DNA of 63,480 bases, counting the filler, from Catajapyx aquilonaris (taxonomy: Eukaryota), in NCBI GenBank assembly GCA_000934665.2. It is 4 parts of 4 records of this genome, joined end to end, with 100 filler letters (N's around TTAATTAATTAA, not from the genome) between each part and the next. Parts side by side here need not be neighbours in the genome. Positions count along the whole stretch, not along the records: positions 15,890 to 31,679 come from KZ539681.1; positions 31,780 to 47,614 come from JYFJ02007395.1; 2 more parts are not named here. One strand, given 5' to 3'. The notes under the pieces are model-generated. The model saw nothing but the letters and a program-made list of their open reading frames with translations, did no database searches and was not told the DNA's origin. Positions 29,401 to 41,900 of this stretch are shown piece after piece; positions within the stretch are counted from its first letter, which is position 1; the number at the start of each line of letters is the position of its first letter. The position numbers and the translations under genes were made by a program.

Positions 29401-30201
29401 AAATCATGGAAAAATTTATCTCTGAAATAGGTGCTTTAATTTTAACACTCCCTCTTCACTTTATTTGCTTGCAACTAATATTACTTTCCAGCCAAAACAG
29501 AGAGTGCCACATTATGCCAAGAATGACCATGGAGAAGAAAATCCTGCATTTGAGTCCAATGGGGACAAAGTTAATCTTGTGGCATCGCGTGATGTTGGCA
29601 GGTTAGCAACCAAGTAAGTGCCCGTAATTTTCAAAGCTTCAGTGCCTATAATTTCAGCCAGAGAAAATTGAGAATTACCCCTTCTGAGACTTGGAAACAG
29701 AACTTGGCCAAACTGATGGAGGAAGAGAAGGACATAGGCGCAGATGCTGAAGCAATGATGAGGAAGCGGAGCATAAAGAAGCAGACTCATACTAAGGCTG
29801 ATGCCATTGACGTGACATCAAGAAGAGAAGGCAAAAGAGTAATTCCTGGCTTGGCAGGGGAGTCCGCTGGACGTAGAATTAAACATACACAAGCAGTTGA
29901 TCATGACAGGTTAGGCACCTCATGACTCAGATACTTTCACACTCTAGGTCTTTCCTCATTTCAGTCAGAAAAGTGTGAGGAACTCTACTTCTGATACTCA
30001 GAGTGAACGCTTGGTAAATGCTACCAAGAGGGACACAGGTGGGGTTGAAGAAGTAGTGAGAAGAAGGAGAGTGAAGAATGCAATTCAGATTGAAGCAGAT
30101 GCCACTGTGGGGCAATATGAAACACAAGAATGCAGAGTAGGTTCTGACTTGGAGGCAGAATTTATGGAATATGAACAGGAAGACATGGCAACTAGAAAGA
30201 A
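23431..30201 (+). CDS. Uncharacterised protein with two N-terminal hydrophobic segments and a charged tail (3' incomplete)
   Basis: Phase-consistent GT-AG exons 23431-23473, 23818-23909, 24041-24056, 24337-24506, 29492-29601, 29658-29909, 29965-30201. The last three are the best supported; joining them to the first four is inference. Confidence 0.5.
24842..25570 (-). mobile_element. Deleted pogo/Tigger element
   Basis: TIRs cagttaaaatctcgtta / taaacgatattttactg with TA flanks; remnant [28 protein letters not shown]...DFVAVDDDV typical of Tigger/Jerky C-termini. Confidence 0.82.
26355..27125. mobile_element. Non-autonomous DNA element with repeated (g)ttacaactgacccc subterminal motifs
   Basis: Motif at about 26356, 26708, 26733 and 27100, inverted at about 26378; right end caactgaccccgatctccctta. 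Confidence 0.55.
27160..28264 (-). mobile_element. Internally deleted Tc1/mariner element, copy 2 (frameshifted, SINE in left TIR)
   Basis: Same TIRs and TA flanks as 10045-10803; retains PPDFFLWGYLK. Confidence 0.9.
27226..27564 (-). mobile_element. tRNA-derived SINE, family A, full length, nested in the Tc1/mariner TIR
   Basis: Head GGGGAGGCGGAGTGGTGCTGCGGTAACG...GGTTCGATCCC, (ATT)n tail, 13-bp TSD ggaacaacatatt (27213-27225 and 27565-27577). Confidence 0.92.
28314..28460. mobile_element. Palindromic PIF/Harbinger-type MITE
   Basis: Near-perfect 147-bp palindrome centred on attgttgacaacaat; TTA TSD; ends ggctgggttgcacc / gtgcaactagacc. Confidence 0.82.
28579..28814. mobile_element. hAT (Charlie-like) MITE
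   Basis: TIRs cagcggttcccaacct / aggttgggaaccactg; perfect 8-bp TSD atttacag. Confidence 0.9.
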
Positions 30202-30286
30202 GTAAGTGCAGTTGTAATTCTTTTGTTAGTTCATATCTGTATATTTTATTTACATTTTCTACAAAAATGTGCTTATGCACCAGTAG

Positions 30287-30516
30287 TTAACCCTTAACTG
30301 GTGACCTGGGGTCTTTTAAGACCCCAGGTGCAATTTTTTTGTTATGAAATGGTTAATTTTAATATCAAGGAAAAGATTTTTTTTTTCGTAAATTTCAGTT
30401 GAACCTTTCTCAACATATATTCGATTTAAAAAAATTTCTTTAGTCACACAAAACCACTAAAATTAATTAATTACCCACCGAGGTGTCACCTAGACCCCAG
30501 GTCACCAGTTGAGTAA
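30287..30516. mobile_element. piggyBac-like MITE end
   Basis: TTAA-CCCTTAACTGGTGACCTGGGGTC ... GACCCCAGGTCACCAGTT inverted repeats. Confidence 0.55.
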
Positions 30517-30625
30517 CTTTTCAGGAATTAGAAAAATATGATCCGGAGAATTTTCGTGAAGGACACTGTCTAACTGAAAATGCAAAAAAGGTATCAATAC
30601 ATCTATATTATATAAAAACGTTTCT

Positions 30626-31016
30626 CTGTCTGCCTGTCCACCTCGGATATAGCAGACACATCGGATATAATAGACTCGGTTATAGTAGACACCTCGGATA
30701 TAGTAGACACCTCGGATATAGTACACTCGGATATAGTACACTCGGATATAGTACACTCGGATATAGTAGACACATTGGTCCCGCGGATATAGTAGACACC
30801 TCGGATATAGTACACTCGGATATAGTAGACACATTGGTCACAACGCCACCTCGGCTATAGTAGACATTGCACACATTAGTGTGAGCAAGAATTGCGGAAG
30901 TCAGGGGCCTGCCAGGGGGCGTGTGACCAATGATGTGTCTGCTATATCCGAGTCTATTATATCCGAGGTGTCTACTATATCCGAGTCTACTATATCCGAG
31001 GTGGACAGACAGACAA
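30626..31016. repeat. Foldback-like element with 15-18-bp tandem units (ctcggatatagtagacac) in inverted arms
   Basis: About 12 direct units at 30640-30870 and about 4 inverted units at 30935-31000, bounded by tgtctgcctgtccacc / ggtggacagacagaca. Confidence 0.8.
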
Positions 31017-31679
31017 ACATATATGGGTGATTCTCCAAAAACTTACCATTTTCAAAGCAAAAATTAATGAATTTCAAAACTTGTTTTAAAAATCTGGAAA
31101 AATTCTCACTTACTCTATATGAGGTCACAAATCAGGGAAAAATATGGGGAACTAAGTCTCGTATTCTAAAATGGGGGAAACCTTCCGAAATTGATTTTGC
31201 AGTTAACCAAAATTATTTTTATTGGAAGTTGTTCCTCACAATATTATATCAAAAAGTGAAACTCAGTTTTTAAATATCTGTCTCCAAAGTAGTGAAAACC
31301 TGGGCTCAAAAGTCGAGAATTTGGAATATTGTTGCACTTGAAATGACCACAGTAGGGACTAAAAAGCTGCCGGAATTTTAATATTAATTTTTCAGACACT
31401 AGTTGAGTTGAGTCGCATCTTGTTCAAGAACGATAATTTTGTTAAAATTGTAACTGCGCGCAACAGTGTAATGTTCCATTTGCAGTGTTGCCACATTGTG
31501 CAAGTAGAATTTATTTTTATTAAATAATACTTTTTGTGAACAATATGTGACTCAAAATATTAGACATCAGCCACTAGCGTGTGGTACATAGTACTGACGG
31601 AGACAGGAATGATGGAGGTGGAAGTGGCGGCATTAGAAAGGGCAGTAAGGTGGATCATGAAGATGGAAAGGTTAGGGGA

Positions 31680-31779
31680 NNNNNNNNNNNNNNNNNNNNN
31701 NNNNNNNNNNNNNNNNNNNNNNNTTAATTAATTAANNNNNNNNNNNNNNNNNNNNNNNNNNNNNNNNNNNNNNNNNNNN
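31680..31779. other. Artificial contig spacer
   Basis: N-TTAATTAATTAA-N. Confidence 0.95.
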
Positions 31780-32467
31780 ACTTAATGACAAATTTATAAT
31801 AGCATCAGCGCGGGGCCCCTATCAGCGCGGGGCCTGTAGCACGTGCTACATGTGCTACTATGTAAAACCGCCTCTGAGTAAGACCTGGGTACGTGCAAAG
31901 GACAGTGACAATCCTGACACAATGCCTTATATGGGGTGGCCAGACATTCCTCTTTAGGAAGGACAGTTCTTCTTTTGAGCACTCTGTCCTTCGACCTTTC
32001 GCTACCTCCAGAAGGGCGTTGATTTGTCATTATTTTTGGGGACAGTCTTAAAATATCATACAAATTTCCTGACCTGTACTAGAACAGCTGAAAGTTCGGG
32101 AACTGAAGGCCACAATAACCACCGACGTACGTATTTTTATTTAAGAACCCGCTGTTAATATTGGCTCCATTTACACCACCCAGATACTAAAACCCCTGAT
32201 TTTGACTGTAGTGCCCCTTAAACTCTACCACTCTTCAGTGGTAGTCAATGACAATAATCACTAAATTAACACATGTTCTTGTTTACTGCATATTTTCCCA
32301 GATGCAATCATTTTCTAAAAATAATTTGTTACCCTCCCTATAGCTACCCCAAATTGGGTCAGGACCCACAGTTTGGCAAGCATTGACCATCTGACCTAGG
32401 TAATAAGGCCCTTACATAAGTTGTCTTGACATGCACTTGATGTAGCCTAATGCACAGTCTATAAAAT

Positions 32468-32715
32468 GAGGGGTCTGGTGGAAAAAGGTGATAACCCACA
32501 AAAGTGTCATTTTTCAGAAGAGCGAATTTAAGTTTGCATTCTCTTCACATATCATAGGGAATGCTGGTTTTGATCTAGTCCGTGTGGCCATCTCGTGCAT
32601 GATACGTAAACTTTGAGTATTCCAAACTGTTTGTCATGTCTTTTACATAGTTGCTAGGTGTTTAGATCACAAATGACAAAAATGAGGGTTATCACCTTTT
32701 TCCACCACACCCCTC
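32468..32715. mobile_element. Sola-like MITE
   Basis: 30-bp TIR gaggggtctggtggaaaaaggtgataaccc / gggttatcacctttttccaccacacccctc; 4-bp TSD AAAT. Confidence 0.75.
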
Positions 32716-35700
32716 AAATTATCATCATATGCAAGGCTTGGCAACCCCAGCTCTTCTTGACTCCCAAAGTTTGTGCATTTGGTTGGGGTGTGTGATGGGA
32801 ATAAGATAGGGAAGTTGTAGTTTCAAGAACACCTGTTAGTTCAATATCTGATTTAACATCTGCATCATAAAATAATATGCAATAATGTATTGTACTTCAG
32901 TCTCATCAGTAATGATTACTTAGGGCCGGTTTCATGATCTATGGTAAATCCAGAACAAGTTGTTTAGACATGTCATTCACATGATGAATGTTTCAGATTT
33001 ACTATAAGTCATGCAAGATGCAGGGTATCCAAATATCAGGATCATTTTCAGTTATTGCTTATGTGGCCTAAAGTAGTTATTTTGCATAGCTTATTCCATC
33101 TCGATCCAGGTGCCCAATTATTCCCAGGTGGTCGTTTATACACGGGCATGATGATAATTTATCCTCCATACATAGAATGTGTAATACCTAGGACAATGAA
33201 GTCTTCAAAACCATGTTACTTTTATACATAATCACCACCTACAGCAATGTACAGATGCCAGGTGGGATTTCTCCACCTCCTCCTCCTCCCCCCCCCCCCC
33301 CCCNCCCCCCCTCGTGAGTATCACGAATCTCAGGTTCCCTTTGCTTCTGGCAACTCTACTTCAAATCCCAAGAAAATCCATGGAGCCTTTTCCTGAGCTG
33401 ACTATTGCCTTGGTTGCTTCAGGTCCTCATCAGAAAATCTTCACTCAGGTATACTACAGCACTATTATTTCCTGTAGAAATTAATTATGACATTGCACAA
33501 ATAAATGGACAAATTTGTAGCACATACATTTATTTAAGTACGGTACGCATACTGTTACAGCAAGGATACTGATGCTTTGGTCTCAGAAGAGGCTGAGACA
33601 CCCATCTTGAGCAATGCCATGAGCTGGCTCCTTTGACAAACCTGTTGTGCAGCAAGTGACACTGGAAAAGCAATGGACACTGCGAAAGAACTACCAAACC
33701 TGTACATAATTAATGCATCTACATATGAACGGTTTAGGTGTGCACAAAACATTATTGAACGGTACACATGAATGTCCCCTAACTTTACCTGGTACTGCTT
33801 GTTTCACTCATGTAGAAGGGGAAAAAAATCAAGAATTTTCAGGTGGTAGTACCATAAGCTTCGTGAAATAATCAAGACAGCAAGGCACAACTACTGTACA
33901 CATAATGCGCTTTCGATCATATGTTGCATAGCAAGACTCATGTCAAGATTTTTGCTAAAGAGAAGGAATAGGAAGAGCACACAAATGCATTACCTCTCAT
34001 AATAATAAGCAGTCTCAGGCACCTTTCTGGCAGTTATGTCCAAAGTTACTTTGGCTTGGCTATTCTTCCATTCACTAGCGTCTAATCTGTCAAGAGAAAC
34101 CAAAATGCTTGTGACAGCCACTAAAACAGAGACTGGTAGTTTTGGTCACATAATTCAGAAAACAGTTTTGATACTTTGTTTGCTCTTTCCCCTTCTTCCT
34201 CTTTGAATCTAATAGGTCATTATAAACAAATATATTGTTGCCAGTTAATACCAGGACCAAATGCACTAGAAAAGACACTGATAATAATAGTACATTTTTA
34301 AATAACGTAGATCACAACAACAGTGAATGCAGTCTACCTGACCTGTACACACAGAAGTATTGTACACAATTAGTAGTCCTACACAAAAATAATCAAAAAT
34401 GGACTCACGCTTGCAGCCAACCCCTCATGAGATTCTGACAGTAGTGGAGGTGCTCAGATTGAACATTTGATCACCACACACACTACTTCTAAACACCTAC
34501 TCCAGCTTTTGTTGGTTTCGCATATAATATACATACACTATAATTATATTAAAGTAAAATTTGACCAGGGGGGGGGGGGGGGGGGGNGGGGCTTATCTTT
34601 ATATCTCTATTTCTATTTGTTCTACCAAGTGTAGCTCCTGGGAAATACTTCAGCATAAATGCTCTTGTGTAAACTCGTATGAAACAGGCATTGTACAACT
34701 TTTAAGAAAAATGCAACCAAAAATTTTAGTGCCAGCTCCTGGTCCTGGTCTTCACCAACAGTAATAAAGCACACGGGACGACACACACCTAGGACATGTC
34801 CAAATACAGGTTCAATTATAGTTGGGCATTTGGCAACAGGTTGAGGTTAGAAACCATCCAAAATGCAAGTTCAAACTTAAAAAAATGCATCAAAAAAAAC
34901 TTGATAAGAGAAAAATAAACCTAGCAGGCAGCAGCACTACAGTAAAAGCATGCAGGCATGGCAAACATTGTATCCTTTGGCCTTCTCATGGCACTGCATT
35001 GTTCTGTGGGGTCACCAGCTATCACAGCCGCAGCTTTGACAAGCACTGGTCGCCTCAGGCAGAGGCTTTTCTTCACATGAGTACAGCAAAACTGGTGGCA
35101 AAGGCTTGATGAACAGGTTGGTGCATCATTCAGACTCGGACCAGCAATTCAAAACTGGGATGGTAGGACAAGTGTTTATATTGTTGCTGCATTCAAGGAG
35201 GGAAAGGTTGCCCGAGGTAAACGTGGACCAATCCCATTCAACAAGCTTTGCAATCACCTGAACTAGAATAAACTGTTGCTGGGCTATTGTACATTATGCA
35301 GTGAGGGATAGGGCATTTAAAACTTGGGTTGACGTGGCACATGCGTGACTATAGTCACAAATAACACAATAACATTCAGGAGTTCAAGTTCGGGACACTT
35401 GACGCTCCCTACAGTGACCTGCAGGTATTTTTTTAAAACTAAGATAAATATGTGACTTGATATAAATGGATATAAATTTGTATTCCTTAAAAAGCAATTT
35501 CTATTTAGTCACATGTACCAAACATGATTTGCATTTCTAAAGACATGTGCCACTACCACCATTCATCTCGAATTCCCTATGCATGTTACAGTATTACAAC
35601 ATCTACGTACTGGGCTATAGAATAGATGAGAATCAACAGCAGGCAATATGTAACCCATATACCACAATCCTTAAATTTTCCTACAAATTGTTAAGAAAAT

Positions 35701-38700
35701 GAAACGCACCATGTGCAAGTATTGCAGTAATACAATTTGAAGCCATGTGTTCTTCTCTAGAGCAGCAGTCATGGGGGTTATTCCAACAATTTTGCAAGTG
35801 CCAAACAGCCACTTCCCCCCTTTTTTCCCTTTCAACTCTCTTAATTCTCGCAAGCAATCTTAGAGATGAAAACAATTTTGAACATAACTGGCATTGGAAC
35901 TGGAAACTTTTTCATGAAATTGACTATAAAGGTCCATCATGTTAGAAATAGTCACACATGTTTTTAAAAGACATTTTAACACTTGCATTCTGTTGCAATA
36001 AATCCAGTAAGTTGACGCATCAGATGCCCAGTAAGGCATATCGCCAATGTATTTACGAAATGAAGCTCAGTCATATGGCTTGAGAGAAAAACTATGACAT
36101 GCTCATGTGTCGTAAATTCCAATAGCCACGCAAAACATTTTAACATTTGATGCGAAAACCAAGTCAATTCACAGATTGACCTATACTGCTCTTTGACCTA
36201 ACCTGACTACGCATGCACCACTTCTTGATTCTCACCTTGCTGGGCTATTGTAGTTTGTGTGTTCTGGAGTTATGGGAGGAAATTTGAGAAGGGAGAATCA
36301 CTGTCTGCACACTTGCTAGGAAGCCAAACGGCTGCAGTAATTATTCCACGAGCAAACAAGAGCTGCGGCTTGAAATGGTAAACAAAAGCAAATATACTGT
36401 GCCACATCTATGTTGCATTACAGAAAAAGCCATGTGAAGCTGTGATGCATGGCAAGTGAACAGACAGTGACTTGATTGAAACCTTCGTGTACCCATGCTT
36501 CTTCGCCTTTGTGTCATCCACGGTATTCACCAGTGCAAGCAAATGTCAAGAGTGCTGAACCCACGGGGGTTTGGACAGTTGACAGTAGTTAACAAAATAA
36601 TTGCCCAGGGGACTTGGCTTTATTGCCTCGGAGGCAGAACTGCATTATCTCGGGGAACAACTTGCAGTCGTAAAAACGGCATTGGAAAAACGTGACGACG
36701 GCTGTCACCCACGCATGCATAGAAGGAAAATGAACATCACTGTTTGAAAAATGCATTCTCAAGCAAATAGTCCTACTAAAAACCAAAATTGGGAAATAGC
36801 AAACTCAAAAGATTAGGAATGAGTTAAGCAATCTATGGGTATGTCATCTCATTGTTGTAGCAACAACATGTATCCCAGGAGCCATCTCTTCCATTCAGAA
36901 TACTGTAGATATTTTTGAACATATGCCATACTCTCATGAAACCTAAAACATTGCATTCATTCACAAGGTGGACAATAGAAATACTCTACTACAGAATTAC
37001 ATAGCAAGGATTTGCAAACCATCAAAAACATATGAGAATTCAGATATTTCAGCATCACAATATGCCAACTGTGATGGTCACATTCCTCCCTGTCCCCAAA
37101 ATTACAGTACTTCATAATTCAATTATCTCAAAAAAAAGTTTGGCCACAACGTGTCGGCTGTTATAATTGCCTTCATTAATACTCTAAGCAGAAAACAAAT
37201 AACATTTTAGGATACTTCCCGATTCTAAACCCTGAATAATGTTTTACCTGTGCAGCTTAACCTCCTAACGGTCTGGACACGGATCCATCACAACATTAGC
37301 CAAAAATGTTTATGTGCAACCAACGAGATATTGGGATACCATCATTTTAAGCTTGCAAATCTCAATTCTTGGCAAGATTTCACACAAGGCACGTTTCCAT
37401 AATCATGATTTAATTTGTATCAAACAGTAAAATTTAGGGTGAACATTTTTATCTTGTCATAACATTGCAAGTGCTGGCCAATTGGATGGTCTGTGTAAAC
37501 ACCGGCAAGCACCACTCATCTTCCACTAAGGGAATGCCTGCATTTTGATGGTTTGAGACTGTCGCAAGTACCACTGAAAAGCTTAATTCATAGTTAGTGA
37601 AGACTGCAATAGGAAAGCAACAAAGCACCTTGACATGCCTCCAATATTGTTGCACCTATTGCAAGGCTTCAGATATCACCACGAAATAATCCTTCCTTGC
37701 TTGCATTAACAGGAGTCATGATAGCCTCACACCAAACCCTTAACTTATTGACTGAGCAAAAAATTCATAGTCAGCGTTATGTGTTCTTGCTGTTTCTAAA
37801 CCTTATTTTTTCAAAGTAGCCAATTCCTTCATAACAATAGTTAACAGTATAGGAACTCATTGTGACTGATTGGCATAGCCTTTTCGTTTTGCCTGCATTT
37901 ATGTTACATTATTCCTGTCGCATGCAACAATTTGTACCCCAGAAATGTTTCATCTGCCAGTGTCCCTAAAGTGGGCCTGAAGGTAGTTTTGTCAGAAAGG
38001 CAGGAGTCCCCTGGAAGTTCAGTTACGATATATTACATAGGCACCTCCACTGGATAAGATCAATACTTTGGAACAAAAGGGTCTAACTCCTCACCACTTC
38101 CCGCTCGGAAAGAGAGAGAAAAAGAGAAAGACAAATTAAAATATAGTAAACCGTTGGATCAAGCACACACACCTCCCTTTAATATACATTTGAAGCAGTT
38201 TCATCAGCTATTGTTGGTTTATGGACAAGAAAAAGAAAAACCTGTTGAATTGTCGGTAAAATCCATTAAGATTATGGAAATTGTCTGGCTATTGTTATTA
38301 CTCAACCCTTGGACAGTTAAACACTACTTATACTGTATAGCACACCTATTGGAATATCTGCACAATTATGGTATTGTGGAAAGTATTAATTGTTGACTAC
38401 CCGAAAAGAGGAATATTGCTTCACTTAAGACATGCACACACACACGCACACACACTCTCTCTCTCTTCCACAGTAGCTGCAGCTAATTTTATCTGCTTAT
38501 AATTTTCACTCCCTCTGGGAGTCACACTGGACTTGACCTTAGAAAAATAAAAATCACCCTTTGATTTCCCCATTTTCTAATTGTTTTATACCATGAGGGC
38601 TGTAAGTATTCCTTTTTCTAAACGATAATACTGTGCAGGACGTCTGCCCATTTGTATCTTTGAATGTCAGAAGCTTCACACATAAAAAATGACCTGAAAC

Positions 38701-38958
38701 ATAACCTCAGAAACATTCTTCCTGAAAGACTACAATACAGCACTCATAATTACATGCTACACAAAATAACCTCAGACTTGGCACTAAAAAGTAGTGCTCA
38801 CTTTTGAATGCGCAATCTGCCAAATAGCAAATTCTATCATCAGCCATGTTGAGCTGACGTGTCAAATTGTTTCATTAATAGTGAAGACAAAAGGCAAAGT
38901 TACAAATGGGAAAGAATGTTTGTGTTGATGCAAACCCCTATATGCCTGCTGTCAGGAG

Positions 38959-41900
38959 TCACATGGCAGCACAAACACTGGAGCTGCTCTTGCCAGTATG
39001 CATCCCAGGGTCATCCGAGTAATCTTCACCATTATCAAGTGGTTCACCTGCAAAACAATCCGGTTTCATAAGATTTAATTGTAAAGCCTACTAGAAGCTA
39101 ACAGGTTATCAGGCAAGAGGGATTCCTTGAGGCATAACAAGAAACTACATATGTTCAAAATCGTCAGCACAGCTGTTAACCCCTTCAGCCCCAGCCACTT
39201 AGAATCTAGGCCATGAGATCTTGCTTCTGTTTAACTTGTGCGTATTCTGGAGACAAGGACAAGATATTTTTCAAATTTTTTCTGTACAGTAGAACCCCGA
39301 TTATCCATCACCCATGGGACCATAATCTTTCTTTGTCCGTCTCCTACTTTGTCATCATGTCAGCACAACCACAGAGGCACAGTGTTGGTCATATATCGAG
39401 GCAACCGCCAGCGACATTTTTCCAAAGCGGCAGAAGAAGGAATCCAAGATATGCATACTACAAGCCGGGCGAACAAGATTCCTTCTTCTAACGCTTCGGA
39501 AAAATGTCGCTGGCGGTTGCCTCGGTATATGACCAACACTGTACCACATAAACAGTTGCTTTGTGCTGGAAATATTCACACCCTATGTAAGTTTTTTTGT
39601 TGCCGTATCAGCATATGTAACACCTACTCTTAAGAGTTAATCAAATGCACCCTAATAACCCTAATATGCTACACTCTAGTACACACAACACACTTGCCAA
39701 CAATAGAAAAAGTATGGCAGCACTAATTATGTGGTATATTTACCTATTATTTACCTTCAAGCATCATCATAGCTTTTTCAGATTGTTCAAGAGTGGAAGC
39801 ATTCAAAACAGATTTGACGATGTGGGTTGAAATTCTGTTCTTGTGCATTGACTCAGCTCGGTCACACAATTTCTTCACTCCATCCTAGAAAGGAGAAGTT
39901 AATATCCAAACAAGACAGACATAGTCCAAGAAATACTTACCACTTTTTGCTGCAGTCGAGCCTGAGTTTTCTTCAACAGTAGTAATTCTACAATGATACT
40001 TTGCTTCTGAGGATCAACAACACGACCGTTCATCTGGAATCCGTGCATCAAATTGGCAGTCCTGTTTGCAGCACCAAATAAGATTACAAGATTACTGATA
40101 ACTAACAAGCATTTATGTCAATTCAAGCTATCAATAACTAACACATTCCCTTTCAACATTCAGTATTTATAGGAAATTGATGTTGATCGAGAGTAATCTT
40201 CAAAATAAAATATCTCATTAAGTAACAGAAGTTACTTTGAAAACATAGTGAAAATTCACAAACTTTGGGATACAGGAATGTGCATGCACATATTTACCCA
40301 TGTTTAAACATAATATATAGGAACATTTATACATTTTGCCTATCAATGGACAATTTGTTTCAATACCCTGTCATTAAGCCTGTGATGGAGTTGGGGTTTC
40401 CTATGCAAAGAGCTACTAAGCCACACCACTGATGTCAGTGCCCCTTCCAATGAGAATGCGACCAAGATAGGTCCTTTCAGAGAACCAGCGGTGTAACGCA
40501 TTGGGTAATGACCAAGATAATGACAGTGGAAAGAATTATTTAATAACTCACAGACATGCAAGAATGGTTATATTTACAGGAAACTCCCTTCCAAGAGATG
40601 TAGCCAGATCATGTTTTCACATATAATAGGGCCATTCACACATGCCACTAAAATCGTGATCTTCCACGAGAAGATCATGATTTCCGAACTGTATCATCAT
40701 GATCGTGAGAAGACCGTTCACACATGCCACGTACTTTTCGTGGTGTCCGGTAGTTGTCTCTGACGCGCGGGGTACGGAAACAAGTGACGCTCGCTAGGCG
40801 CCTTAGAAGTTAGAACTGGAGGAAGCACGGGAGGAAGCACCATGGACGCGGACGTGGCTGCGGCAACAGCACCCGCGACACCCTCGGAATCCGTCATTTT
40901 TTTCCGAATAGAACGGGGACAGGACTGGGGAGAGGTCACTGACCTCTACAGTGGAACTATATGGGTCAGTGGGAGAGGGGAGGGGAAGAGTGGTGGAGAG
41001 TGGGGCGGGGGGAACGTGACGTCATGATCGTGATCTGTTTCGTGGTAACCAGCTTGTACAAGTTGATTTCCAGAGTCAGCTTTGTAGTCGCGATCGGCAA
41101 GGGGAATGGCACGTGTGAACACGATAATCATGATCTTCTCGGGGAAGATCACGATTTTAGTGGCGTGTGTGAATGGCCCTAATGTTGAATAGAAAGTTGG
41201 TAAAAATATGTACACCTGCCATCCAGTTTGCACATTTTCACTGCATCCTTTTGCTACCGCATATGCATTATGAAATGCTAGGAAAATGTCACATTTTCTA
41301 TATGAAGTCTAGACTAGCCATTTCAATGGAGACATTACATGCAGAATGATCTGGGCTACCTGCTGATGTCCACTTTGTGCTGGTAAGCTGGGGTAAACCT
41401 CAAACAGATTTTACAACTTGATGCAATATCATTTTTGATAAATTGATGGGCACAAAAAAAATTGTGGTAATAATTTAGTCTTGAAAAATAATTTAAAAAT
41501 GGGTGTGTGGTTTCCCTGACCATTCCTGTGCATGCAATTGTTTCATATTTTCATCGAAGTTCTTATGCAATAAAAAGACTTGAAATATTACCCGCCTGAC
41601 AAAGGCCAAGGCTGTGTCATTCAGGAAATAATAACAAATAATATTAATTTGCCCTGTTGCCAAATTGACTCTCAACTACTCATCCCCTTTTCACTAACCC
41701 TGCAGATGTCAACCATATAATGACAGTTAGCACCAGCACACTAGCATTTGACTGTGCAATTACTGAAATTAATAGCCATAAGATCAATGCAATGTGCCAT
41801 CCAGTCGTAATGATCATTATGTTTATATTAATTCCAAATGTTGCAGCTATCCTAGAATTCCGAAAAAAATATAGGCATATAGCCAGTGCAATTTGTCGCA

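Noticed and set aside
30502..30874. Repetitive ORFs (YYIRV / TISEC / LYPSV) and a CRISPR-like appearance
   Set aside because: These are translations of a minisatellite; there are no unique spacers or cas genes, and the context is eukaryotic.
40960..41012. G-quadruplex-like G-tract cluster
   Set aside because: It lies inside a MITE, with no evidence of host function.
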